Assembly: GCF_006345805.1 (NCBI RefSeq)
Contig: NC_043008.1
Coordinates: 2,542,001-2,606,000 of the forward strand
Reading direction: 5' to 3'
DNA: 64,000 nt
Origin: Octopus sinensis
Taxonomy: Eukaryota
A program made the position numbers and the translations under genes. This document shows, in pieces, positions 24,837 through 37,584 of the stretch; positions within the stretch are counted from its first letter, which is position 1, and each line of letters opens with the position of its first letter. The notes under the pieces were generated by a model. That model did not search any database. It was not told the DNA's origin and worked only from the letters and a program-made list of their open reading frames with translations.

Positions 24837-27656
24837 ATAATTCATTTTTAAATGTCTTGCTTTGAAAAACTGCATTTGGGTATGATTAGTATAATTTTTG
24901 GTAGTAATGACTTTGTCCCTCCTAGTGTGAGGCATTTATGTGTAATAATGCCCTTTATACAATATAGATATAATTAATTTGTTCAAAAGAAAAAAATTAT
25001 TTTCGGATTCTTTTCTTTTATGAGGTTTTCACGCTAGCTACCCGATAATTTCTTGTTAAGATCCCTTATAAGAGATTATCCTTAATTGTTAAACTTATTC
25101 CGAAATACTTTTCATTACCCGACATGCAGTTCGTATAAAGCCCGCCATTTACCGGATATATGATTTATAAACATTCCATGTGCTTGGCCGGAGTGAACAG
25201 TTGTCTGTTCGTCTTCGCTACATAAGGTTGGTTTATTTATGATGTATTCAGAATCAGTTCTGCTGCTGACGATCATTAGACGCAAGTTGTATGTGAAATC
25301 ACGGTGATACAGAACATAATTCATTTTTAAATGTCTTGCTTTGAAAAACTGCATTTGGGTATGATTAGTATAATTTTTGGTAGTAATGACTTGTCCCTCC
25401 TAGTGTGAGGCATTTATGTGTAATAATGCCCTTTATACAATATAGATATAATTAATTTGTTCAAAAGAAAAAATTATTTTCGGATTCTTTTCTTTTATGA
25501 GGTTTTCACGCTAGCTACCCGATAATTTCTTGTTAAGATCCCTTATTAAGAGATTATCCTTAATTGTTAAACTTATTCCGAAATACTTTTCATACCCGAC
25601 ATGCAGTTCGTATAAAGCCCGCCATTTACCGGATATATGATTTATAAACATTCCATGTGCTTGGCCGGAGTGAACAGTTGTCTGTTCGTCTTCGTACATA
25701 AGGTTGGTTTATTTATGATGTATTCAGAATCAGTCTGCTGCTGACGATCATTAGACGCAAGTTGTATGTGAAATCACGGTGATACAGAACATAATCATTT
25801 TTAAATGTCTTGCTTTGAAAAACTGCATTTGGTATGATTAGTAAATTTTTGGTAGTAATGACTTTGTCCCTCCTAGTGTGAGGCATTGATGTGTAAAATG
25901 CCCTTTATACAATATAGATATAATTAATTTGTTCAAAAAAAAAAATTTTTTTCGGATTCTTTTCTTTTATGGGTTTTCACGCTAGCTACCGATAATTTTG
26001 TTAAGATCCCTTATTAAGAGATTATCCTTAATGTTAAACTTATTCCGAAATACTTTTCATTACCCGACATGCAGTTCGTATAAAGCCCGCCATTTACGGA
26101 TATATGATTTATAAACATTCCATGTGCTTGGCCGGAGTGAACAGTTGTCGTTCGTCTTCGCTACATAAGGTGGTTTATTATGATGTATTCAGAATCAGTT
26201 CTGCTGACGATCATTAGACGCAAGTTGTATGTGAAATCACGGTGATACAGAACATAATTCATTTTTAAATGTCTTGCTTTGAAAAACTGCATTTGGGTAT
26301 GATAGTATAATTTTTGTAGTAATGACTTTGTCCCTCCTAGTGTGAGGCTTATGTGTAATAATGCCCTTATACAATATAGATATAATTATTTGTTCAAAAG
26401 AAAAAAATTATTTTCGGATTCTTTTCTTTTATGAGGTTTTCACGCTAGCTACCCGATAATTTCTTGTTAAGTCCCTTATTAAGAGATTATCCTTAATTGT
26501 TAAACTTATTCCGAAATACTTTTCATTACCCGACATGCAGTTCGTATAAAGCCCGCCATTTACCGGATATATGATTTATAAACATTCCATGTGCTTGGCC
26601 GGAGTGAACAGTTGTCTGTTCGTCTTCGCTACATAAGGTTGGTTTATTTATGATGTATTCAGAATCAGTTCTGCGACGATCATTAGACGCAAGTTGTATG
26701 TGAAATCACGGTGATACAGAACATAATTCATTTTTAAATGTCTTGCTTTGAAAAACTGCATTTGGGTATGATTAGTATAATTTTTGGTAGTAATGACTTT
26801 GTCCCTCCTAGTGTGAGGCATTTATGTGTAATAATGCCCTTTATACAATATAGATATAATTAATTGTTCAAAAGAAAAAAATATTTTCGGATTCTTTTCT
26901 TTTATGAGGTTTTCACGCTAGCTACCCGATAATTTCTTGTTAAGATCCCTTATTAAGAGATTATCCTTAATTGTTAAACTTATTCCGAAATACTTTTCAT
27001 TACCCGACATGCAGTTCGTATAAAGCCCGCCATTACCGGATATTGATTTATAAACATTCCATGTGCTTGGCCGGAGTGAACAGTGTGTTGTTCGTCTTCG
27101 CTACATAAGGTTGGTTTATTATGATGTATTCAGAATCAGTTCTGCTGACGATCATTAGACGCAAGTTGTATGTGAAATCACGGTGATACAGAACATAATT
27201 CATTTTTAAATGTCTTGCTTTGAAAAACTGCATTTGGGTATGATTAGTATAATTTTTGGTAGTAATGACTTGTCCCTCCTAGTGTGAGGCATTTATGTGT
27301 AATAATGCCCTTTATACAATATAGATATAATTAATTTGTTCAAAAGAAAAAAATTATTCGGATTCTTTTCTTTTATGAGGTTTTCACGCTAGCTACCCGA
27401 TAATCTTGTTAAGATCCCTTATTAAGAGATTATCCTTAATTGTTAAACTTATATATATATATATATATATATGTATATGACTATCAGTGTATGTATAAGC
27501 ATGAACATTCATATGTTAATACGTACATACAACATACATCTCTTCTCTCTCTCTCTCTATATATATATATAATATATAATATATAATATATATATATATA
27601 TATGTGTAGAAATATACATATCTATATACATGTGCGTATATATGTATGTATATATA

Positions 27657-27721
<65 letters not shown>

Positions 27722-27752
27722 GTGCGTATATTTGTATGGATACATAAGTTAG

Positions 27753-27786
<34 letters not shown>

Positions 27787-28176
27787 CATATATATGTATA
27801 TATAAACATATATATACATTTACATATATACATATATATGCACATATATATATATGTATAAATATGTATGTATATATTTAAATATATATATATATATATA
27901 TGTAGGATTCTATGTGTTATTAAATGATGTATTTGTTAAATTGTGCGTGTCAAATGCAAATGTCTATTAAATATAATGGTCGTACGTATGTGTGATGCTA
28001 TTTTCAGTAATACATAACAGATAATTCATATAATGTCCTTTGAGTATTAGCTAACTAAATCGTTATAAATTCCCGTATTTCCGAAATATTCTAGATGCAT
28101 AATTACAACAATAACTTACGCAAAAATATTACAAGTCTTCAATTGAGATGATTATTTTAGCGCTTGCAAAATCATT

Positions 28177-28375
28177 ACCGAGCGGGAGAGAATGTTTAGT
28201 GTTATCTCCTTCTACTCATTACTTTTCGAGTTCGAATTCACCTGGGACCGATTTAGTCTTTCATCCTTTCGGTGTCGATATGATGAGAACCAGTGGAGCG
28301 CTAGGGTTGGTATAATCGTCTGGTAATTCTCACTAACAAATATAAGTCTTTGTGCCTATGGTGAAAAGAAAACGA
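28177..28375 (+). mobile_element. Old SINE family B copy
   Basis: Diverged match (ctttcatcctttcggtgtcgata...accagt). Confidence 0.5.
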
Positions 28376-28457
28376 ATTATTTAAATATCACACTAATATA
28401 TATATATATAATTAACAGAGTGAAATAAAAATCCAAGGGTGTAAAAGATTTCAATAT

Positions 28458-28526
<69 letters not shown>

Positions 28527-28578
28527 ATATATAATATATATATATATATATTATATATATATATATATATATAAATCT

Positions 28579-28671
28579 TAGGGTAGCAAGAATATTTATC
28601 GAAAAATTCTTAGTTGTTCAGTGGTCTAGCGAGAAAGGAAAAATGAGTCAATAGACTACATATTATTCAGA

Positions 28672-28723
<52 letters not shown>

Positions 28724-29090
28724 ACACAAGTCAAAATAGAAAATGCTAAAATAATTTTATAAAGAACATTTCAGCATATATAATATATATTCAACATATA
28801 TATATATAATAATAACACAGGGTAAAATTAATTAATTAAGAAGTAATCAATAATTTCACCAAGTAGAATTCGGCATGAAAAAGGGCCATTTCACGGTAAA
28901 CTTAGGTAATACTTAATAATTAGGGTTCAGCAAAGATTTGCTTTACCACATACCGAAGTTTAGAAATAGCAGCAAAAAACATTAGCTATTTCTTCTACTT
29001 TAAAAAGGGACTTCCAGAGAAACCAAAATACTTGAAAACAATCCACACACGCAGAGAGGAAAAGTAACGAAAACCAATCAATATCAATCA
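28579..29090. repeat. (TA)n-embedded repeat fragments related to the array 1 unit and to the 1894-3205 inverted-repeat arm
   Basis: 28579-28670 resembles 5860-5947. 28920-29070 resembles 3000-3125 (gatttgctt.accacataccgaa...tagaaatagcagc). Confidence 0.6.
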
Positions 29091-29092
29091 AT

Positions 29093-29150
<58 letters not shown>

Positions 29151-30197
29151 CATGGATATAAATTATATTATTGGTGTTTTAAATGCGGTGAATTTAAAAT
29201 ACCGTAAAATAATCATACAAAATTGTGTAAAAATGGATAAAATCGCGTAAGTATATAGTGTTTTTTGTGCCATGATTATTACTTCGTAGATTGGATAAGA
29301 TTCCTTGTCTGGGCAATGCTTTGAGCTCTTAAGCTAATAGATTATTTTCCGGTATTTACAGGCTGTTTCGTCGAGCTTATTTGTCAAACTGATTGGAGTC
29401 TTGTCCAATAATATAGGGTATTTTACACATTAGTTTTTTAAATCCAATGAAAGCTGGCAAAAGCTCCCATGTGAGGAGCTTATAGTTTCATGTAAACATA
29501 ATATCGGAAGAAACTCAGTGTTTTAATTAACACAGCATGAAAAGAACATATTGAACAGAAGTAAATGGCGCAAAGAGTTAAACAAGACATAAAATTAGAT
29601 TACATGATTTTACTAGTAAATCGAGAAATGCAGCATATATCTTATGCATGTTATAGAAAGAAACTTGTACAGTTTAGGCGTGAATGCGTAATACCTACGA
29701 AGAGATTGTAGGTTGGGGTGTATCAGCCGAAACGTTGTGTTAACCACAAAAAAGATAAAGACAAATATCCGTGAAATATAAATATTGTAAATAATAACGG
29801 AACAATGCCTAAAATAATTCAATACCACGAAGCTGTAAATTGAAGTCAAATACAGCACACTATATTACATAGTTAGTTCAAATTATTTTCTAAAATTCAA
29901 AATAACAATAGGTAAATAAAGCATGTTACGTCCCTTTCATCTTTACAGAAGGTTTCTGTAATACAATCGAAACAGACCTTACGGCCAACTGACTAAAATT
30001 ATTATTGATAGATAATTTATCACTAATTACTATGAAAAGTCCTATGGCACTATAAAAAAAGAATTCCAGCGTGTGAATGTTTTTCGCACATTAGAATTAT
30101 AACTGGTTGATATTTTATGAAATGGCTTTGCCTCGCTATATCGATATCATTGTTTAACCATTTTATTCTGTCAATGACATTCTTAATAATGATATCT

Positions 30198-30431
30198 ATC
30201 TCTTTACTACCCACAAGGGGCTAAACATAGAGGAAACAAACAAGGGCAGACACACGGATCAAGTTGATTACATCGACCCCAGTGCGTAACTGGTACTTAA
30301 TTTATCGACTCCGAAAGGATGAAAGGCAAAGTCGACCTCGGCGGAATTTAAACTCAGAACGTAACGACAGACGAAATACGGCTACACATTTCGCCCGGCG
30401 TGCTAACGTTTCTGCCAGGTCGCCGCCTTAA
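30198..30431 (-). mobile_element. SINE family B, full length, with 17-bp target-site duplication
   Basis: tcttaataatgatatct at 30181-30197 and 30432-30448. Confidence 0.9.
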
Positions 30432-30811
30432 TCTTAATAATGATATCTTACATAGATTCCAGGCTCAAAATATCTCGAGATCACGCACGTCTTTGTGTCA
30501 AGAGAATATGATGCATCTAGTAATTTTTGTTTTCACTAAAAGTAATGCAGTACACCTTATTTAACCCCATACTTGTTAAATTCCTCGGTGTCGTTTCATA
30601 TTGCTTTATTACATACAATATCTAGGAGGATCTTAATTCCTCTTTTTGTTTTTGTCTAGAGACTTGGCCGATGTAAAGTGTTTCTTACTTACAATGCTAC
30701 AGAGGGAAGTATTGCTTCTTCTCTTTAGTTTTGGTGCATTTCGATTTGTGTTTCCTCCACGTTTTGATTTTTAGTTCATAGCAAAATTTTAAGTGTATTT
30801 GTTTACTATGC

Positions 30812-30812
30812 T

Positions 30813-30847
<35 letters not shown>

Positions 30848-31320
30848 ATGTTTTGGCTCAAAAATCAAAAAGCAAGGCCATGTAGGGGGACATGGAGTTA
30901 TGTACAGGGTGGTGTTCATGTAAAGAGTTCAGGCCACTTGAGGTCAAGGGAGACTTTGAACCGAGCGGTCGTCGGCAACTTCACCATGTCGTCCGGTAGC
31001 TTATTCCACGGATCCGCAACCCGGACGGAGAAAGCCCCTCTTCTTCGATTGAGATGAAATCGTCGCAGATAGGGCTTTTGGGAATGACCCCGCAGCCGAC
31101 GCTCTGGAGCAGGAGTGAAGAACAGCTCTTTCGAGAGGTTACACTTTCCGCTTATGATGTTGTGAGCAAGAATGAGATCACCACGGCGTCGTCGTTTTTC
31201 TAGAGAAGAAAGGTCGAGCGTCTTCAGCCTTTCTTCATAAGACAAATTCTTGAGACCAAGAACCATGCGGGTAGCCGGCTTCTGGACTCTTTCGCAATGC
31301 TGTATGTCTTTGAGGAGATA
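30812..31320 (-). mobile_element. 5'-truncated CR1-group LINE (second family) with (TAAC)n tail
   Basis: ORF 30916-31266: LSYEERLKTLDLSSLEKRRRRGDLI..FSVRVADPWNKLP. Tail at 30812-30847. Confidence 0.9.
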
Positions 31321-32186
31321 AAATATATATCTCTACTTTGTCAATATTTCAATTTAATCAATTTCAGTGTTTTCAGAATGCATTGCTGACTAAATTATTA
31401 AGCCAAGTGTCTCACCAAATGCCAGCCAATGAAGAACAGTAACAGTTACAATAGTATTTACATCACGAATACAGCTGAAAGTTTGATTACGGGGCTATAT
31501 ATTTATTTCCGTCCATGTATGCGTATGTGTATATATGCATGTGTGTAGATATACATATATCCATTCCAACACTACAACGTTTTATTCTAGATTAAGCGTA
31601 AGTGTATAATCAGTAGAAAATAAATCCAGAACGTGGCTAGTGCATATTTGTTTGACACAGAACATAGTCGAGGCTTTTGAAAGGAAGCAAGGTGGTAATA
31701 ATAGATATTGCAATGCTTTATTTCTTGCTTCCAATCCCATTAAAACTTACGGGGTTTCAAGCTCGTAGAGAAATAAAAGAAAACATCTCATCACGCTGAT
31801 GGAATATACGATTTTTGTTTCGATATGATGGGGAAAGACAACAAAAAAGAGACAATAACAATGAAGACAACGACAACAAGATCGAGGATAATATCAACAA
31901 TAACATCAACAACAATAATGGTTTGCATGCAACAAATGCAACAAGGAGCAAAAACGTGTTTTTCTTGGCAATATTTTTATTTTTATTTTTACTTTTGCCT
32001 TTCTAGAAATGTAATATTACTGATTCGAAGTGAGACTTATCTCCATAATTTTAGTGAATGACACACGGGACATATTTGATATTTTGCCTTTGTATATTTC
32101 TCAGAACTTATGAATAAGCCTCTTATTTTCTATCTTGTGATATATATATATATTAGTAATCAAAACCAAATGCTTGAACGAGTATA

Positions 32187-32281
<95 letters not shown>

Positions 32282-32866
32282 ATAGATAGATATATATATA
32301 AGCAATTTTGCCATTTTATTTATTCATAACCGACTGTAGATTATAAGATTTCACTGCCATATATATTGATATCGGCCAATGGTTCTTGTGGCAGTAATGT
32401 AATTCTGACGTATACATACATGCAAAGTTACATAAGAATAGGTGGGAAAGTGAGAGGGACAAAGAGAGGGAGAGACAAAGAGAGCTTGGAAGAGATCGGT
32501 TTAAAGCCTGATGCACGTTAAATAATACATAATGTCACTAGTTTGGGAAAAAGTTCATTCTGCTAGCTTATCCTTTTTCTTGCAACAAACGAAAGATAAA
32601 ACAGAGGAAAGTTCTTTGTGAAGAAGCAGAAATTATGTGTATATATTATACACACGCATACACGAACGCACACACATATACACACACTTATATATGTTTA
32701 TACACTCACACACCTATATATGTTTATACACTCACACATAACTACATGTTTATATACGCACATAAGTATATATAGAGCTACCTTAGTAATAAATTTAATA
32801 ATACCCAATGCCATCATTCTTGGGTATGTTGAAAAGCCAAATTTATATACATATATGGAAAAACAA

Positions 32867-32920
<54 letters not shown>

Positions 32921-33113
32921 TATATATATATAATATATATATATGTATATATGAAAAACCAAATTTATATATATACATATGCATGTATGTCAATGTGCGG
33001 CAGATTCAAAGTATTCTCCAAAAATAATGTATAATGTTTTAGATTTTAATTATTTCTGTGGGATGTTTTGGAACCTAACACTCGCGATAGTCGAGGGATT
33101 ACCGTATATTCTA

Positions 33114-34312
33114 TTGGGTTGATTCATATGCAATGCCGCATTGATTTCTTGTCATTTTAGTCATTTCAAAACTCAGCTATGTATATCTTGCATTTAATCT
33201 TGGCTCTTTCTTTCGCTACAATATTGGTATACAAAATTCGTAACCACAGACCTTATGAAAATGGTAACCAAAATATGTTGAGTGATTTTTTCGTATTGGT
33301 ACAAACTGGGTCACTCTGCCGCATAATTTCTAAGGAAAGTCAAGCAGACCTTTAGTAATAGTTTTGTTAACATCAGGACTGTTCTGAGATGGTTCCAAAG
33401 CTCTCGATCAGGAGATGATAGCCTTGAAAATACACCAAGGAGTAGGTCAAAATCAGTTATTCACTATGATGGATTAAATGCGTTGGTTGAAGAAAACAAA
33501 GGTTCGAATTCTTTCATCAGAACTCTAAACATCACGCACAATTTTTTCTGGATAGTTGAAAAAAATTGGAAAAGTCAAGAAGACGGATAGTTTTGTTCTA
33601 CATCAACTGAACGAAATTTTAAAAACACAGACGCCTCGAAGTGTGCTCCTTATTGCTTGCATCAAATAAATACTTGTGATGAGGAATGGATACTCTTTGA
33701 CAACAGCAGAAAAACAGAGAAGTGATTAGATGCGAGGGAGTCACCTGAACACTACCCAAACATACCATTGACCACATTGCACCCGCAAAAGTTAGTGGTC
33801 AGTGTATGGTTGTCTGAGACGCGAGTTATTCATCATTCATTCTCGCAACAAGGAAAAAAGGTAACAACAACATCTTATTGAGTGTATGCATGAGGGTTAG
33901 AAAAGGAAGCAACCCAGACTAGTGAATAGCGATGGCCGAATTTTCCTCCACGACAATGTGCGTCCTAAAGCTCCTCCAGCTACGGTGCAACAGTTGCAAA
34001 GCATGAATTATGAGATTTCGCATCATGCAGCCTATTCCCCAGATATCTCTCCCACTGATCATCACCTATTTAAGCATTTCGAGCTTTCCATTAGCAAGAA
34101 AGCATTCTTAAATAGAGAAGAGGAAATTGAGGCTTTCATTCAGTTTATCATAACAAAAGATTATTTTTTTTAAAGATGGAACTTATGACTTAGAGAAACG
34201 TTGTGTTAACGCCATAAATGAACATGGATCATACATTGATTAAATAAACGAGTTCTCTCACACTCCTGACACATTTTAGTTCAAATACGACATTTCATGT
34301 GAATGAACCTAA
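33114..34312 (+). mobile_element. Decayed mariner (DD34D) transposon with TIRs and TA target duplication
   Basis: TCDEEWILFDN, FLHDNVRPK and YSPDISPTDHHLF motifs. TIR ttgggttgattcatatgcaatg versus ttaggttcattcacatgaaatg. Multiple stops/frameshifts. Confidence 0.9.
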
Positions 34313-34361
34313 TATATATTAAATTAAACATAATGTAAATTATATATATATATATATATAC

Positions 34362-34740
34362 ATACTAGCACTATCGCCCGGCGTTGCTCGGAGTTGTTTC
34401 GACCCTTTAGATTTAGAATTTTTGAAAAGTAAAACTTTCACATTATGTAGCTTGTTATCCTCTTTAAGGGAACATTTTTCTGGTTCGAATTCACCGAAAA
34501 ATGGCGACACAGCAGTCAAAAATTTGTAGGAAATAGGGATTTTCATAGAAAACAAGCACCTTTTCGATGTAAATAATTCTTGGTTTTAACCTGGTCGGAT
34601 TTGAATTTTATCTTCTACTGAATGAAGATCAAGCCTTCTTCTATCATACTCTCAATTTTGGTCAACATGCGCCGCAGGGTCTCGGAGGAGATAGTATTAG
34701 TTGAAGGCTACCAAACCTGCCATACACAGACAACTCCAGC

Positions 34741-34745
<5 letters not shown>
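34362..34745 (+). mobile_element. Non-autonomous Helitron/Helentron-type (HINE-like) element
   Basis: Starts actagcactatcgcccggcgttgctcgg and ends ...aggagatag...acagacaactccagctaaatata into (TA)n. Family assignment is by recognition only. Confidence 0.45.
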
Positions 34746-34819
<74 letters not shown>

Positions 34820-36100
34820 ATGTATATATATATATCTTTTGAAGAGAATGTTAAAATAGAATATAAGCATTAAAAATTATAGCCGATTCAGCAATGCCAC
34901 AAACCGGATCTCGTGCAAGTACACAGCTATTACAGGATAATATATATAACATATTCCTATAATAATATGTATAATATGTGGAACATTCAGCAAATGACAA
35001 CTGACACTAATGTACAGAAACAACGGTCGTATCTGGATTAAAGCCTGTTCGTTCCAACTCTTTTTTGTATCTTAAATATGTGTGTGTGTGTGTCAGTGTG
35101 TATATGCGCGTGCGTGTGCGTGTGTCTGTACGTGTCTCTGTGTGACCTTTCCAGTAGACAAACACACATATACATATATAATGGTAAATATTAAAATGTT
35201 CAACAAGGATATCTTCTATAAGAAACGTTGTTCTTAGAAATACTTAAACGTCACGTTCAAAAACAAAACTGAAAACTCATCAATATAGCTAGACGACTGC
35301 GATAAAATGTTAGGTAAAGTGTAAACCGAATTGTTTATATGCGTTTACAATATATATATTGGATATATGCGTACATAGATAACACACAAAAAAGTATTAT
35401 TTGAAGGAAAAGAAATCAAAATCTTGGATGGATAACAATTGATGGTTTATGGTCCCCATGCGGTGTAAGAGATAGGATGAAACTATAGATACAGATGTAC
35501 ATTGACTTGGTTATATTAGATAAAATATGGGGAAAATTGTCTGCTGGTTGTGAGTGATGTGCTGTGCGTATAAATCTCTCCTAATGCTTGACTGTAATAA
35601 ACAATGCATTGTATTGCAAGGATATATCTGATTTTATGGTGTATACTTTTACTCGCGGATTTAAATGAACTCTGAAATACCTAGAAGTCTGAGATTTCCA
35701 GAAATGATTTCTGATATATGCACACAAAATACAGACTCCATACGCAAATACATGAAAATATCTTCGGTGTACTCTTCCCTATGTTTTCAAATTTAAACCT
35801 CGATCGATAGTAAAATACGTGTGTATTTTCAATGTGATTGACATATTTCGCTGTAAAGCACGTTAAGCACCTCATTTAAAAAAAAATTGCTTTAGACCGC
35901 GTGAATTCCGGAACAAATTTAATTACGCATAGACACATATCTAACCACATTCATCAGTGAATTGGAATTAACTGACACTGATTCTAAACTGCCTCACAGA
36001 GTGTGTCCATAAATTATATTAAACTGAAAAATATGTTATTTCTAACTTATCATATATGATATCTATTTTCAAACAACTACTTACTGTATTTATTATGCAG

Positions 36101-36188
36101 TATACTCCATTCTAGTATTCCTCCACCTCCCTATGTTTGGGCAACAATGCCAGAGCCCCTCAATCAACCTAAAACCAAGGAATATTAA
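36101..36188 (+). CDS. Candidate terminal exon with PPPPY motif
   Basis: Acceptor ttattatgcag, then open frame ILHSSIPPPPYVWATMPEPLNQPKTKEY*. Confidence 0.25.
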
Positions 36189-37490
36189 CTCCTTTTCATA
36201 GCAATTACATATTGGTTATAATTTGAGATAGAAAAATAAAACTACAAAATTTAATTGCTAAACACATGAAGAACATATAATCGTGGAGATGAAACAGTAT
36301 GCCGAGCGAAATTGAATGGGGCGTTTGACTTTGTCATGATGTATATCTTTCATATTAAAAACATTCGACTATTCTCTTCCCCATGAGATGTTTGTTTTAG
36401 ACTATACGCTCGTCAACACACCCACAGCAATGAGCGTCTGTTGTATTTCTTGCCAAGAGAAACATCGGCCTGCATTATGCTAAGCAAAGAATTAAAGAAA
36501 TAATTGTTAACTGTATGAATAAAGTAGGTCAGGCCTACGCATCTTCATTGCTGCGAAGAGAACTGTGAATAACTTGAAGTGTCCGTTTGTATGACACAGA
36601 TATTTCTGTTGCCGGTCACCAACAAATGCCATTGAGAAAAGATGGCTCATTTAACAGATAAAATAACCACTACAGCATTACTTTGGCAGTTTCTTTCACT
36701 GACAACAGTTCGTGGCAATTCAGTATGTGCCTATGAGCTGCTGGAATATACACACTTAATGAATATTTCTATAAAATGTACGAGGAAAATGAAAATATCT
36801 ATTGTCTGTGATAAATGCATTCTTTATATCTACTGCCCCTCTGTTTCATGTATATTTTTGTAAGATATTTTGTGACTAGGCGAGCTAAAATTATGTGAAT
36901 TATGAAGATAGAAACTATTGAACTATTTCATTAAACGAAAATAAAGAATCGAAGTGAAAAGAGGAATAATTATGTGATGTTTTGAAGAACCTTAGCAAAA
37001 AATGTGAATATTAGCAAAGGTGTGTTCTAATATGTTGATTTTTAAGTGCTAAAAACAAAATTCAAAAATATAAATATGAAATAGAAAAAAATGGAAGCTA
37101 ACTAATACATTGGCAACTTTTATAAAAGTTGCTGTCAGGACAAAATGGTAAACGGTATCAGAAGGTAATGATAGATGGGGGAGGGGCGAATATGAATATT
37201 TGATTCATGAATATTTTATTGCTGCAATGACCTGAAGGTCACTAATTGCAAACTTTTATGACGGCCAAGTACCTACTGTGTAATTTTCCGAAATCTAATA
37301 TCACTGAATAATATTGAACTAATGGATTTCTCTACATGATTGATGTTTGAAACCGTCAGAAAAAAAGTATATTATTAGACATATTTGAAGGGGAAAAAAG
37401 CAACTTATATGACAAATACACACAGCATGGAGACATTAAGGGAACTGTAGTTCCCTTTCCAACAATCTACTGACAATACCAATTTGTTAG

Positions 37491-37584
37491 GTTGACAGGG
37501 AGGTCCTTGGAGTCTGAACGGCCTATTCATGTGTCAAATGCAGCCTTTGTGAATTGCTATAGAGAAAATCCAAGTCAGATAAAG
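37491..37584 (+). CDS. Candidate internal exon
   Basis: ttgttag| ... AAG|gtagta. Only one frame is open: LTGRSLESERPIHVSNAAFVNCYRENPSQIK. Confidence 0.25.

Larger units (their letters stand above)
22790..27451. repeat. Tandem array 2: about 477-bp HHR-bearing unit; about 4.1 copies, an inversion at 24744-24746, then about 5.7 copies in the opposite orientation (retrozyme-like)
   Basis: Unit starts at 22794, 23271, 23746, 24216 and 24692, then reverse-complement units to 27451. Differences are mostly 1-3-nt indels. (TA)n lies at both ends. Confidence 0.97.

Noticed and set aside
29340-29400. GAAAC-agcct-GTA half-hammerhead on the minus strand
   Set aside because: No CUGANGA upstream.
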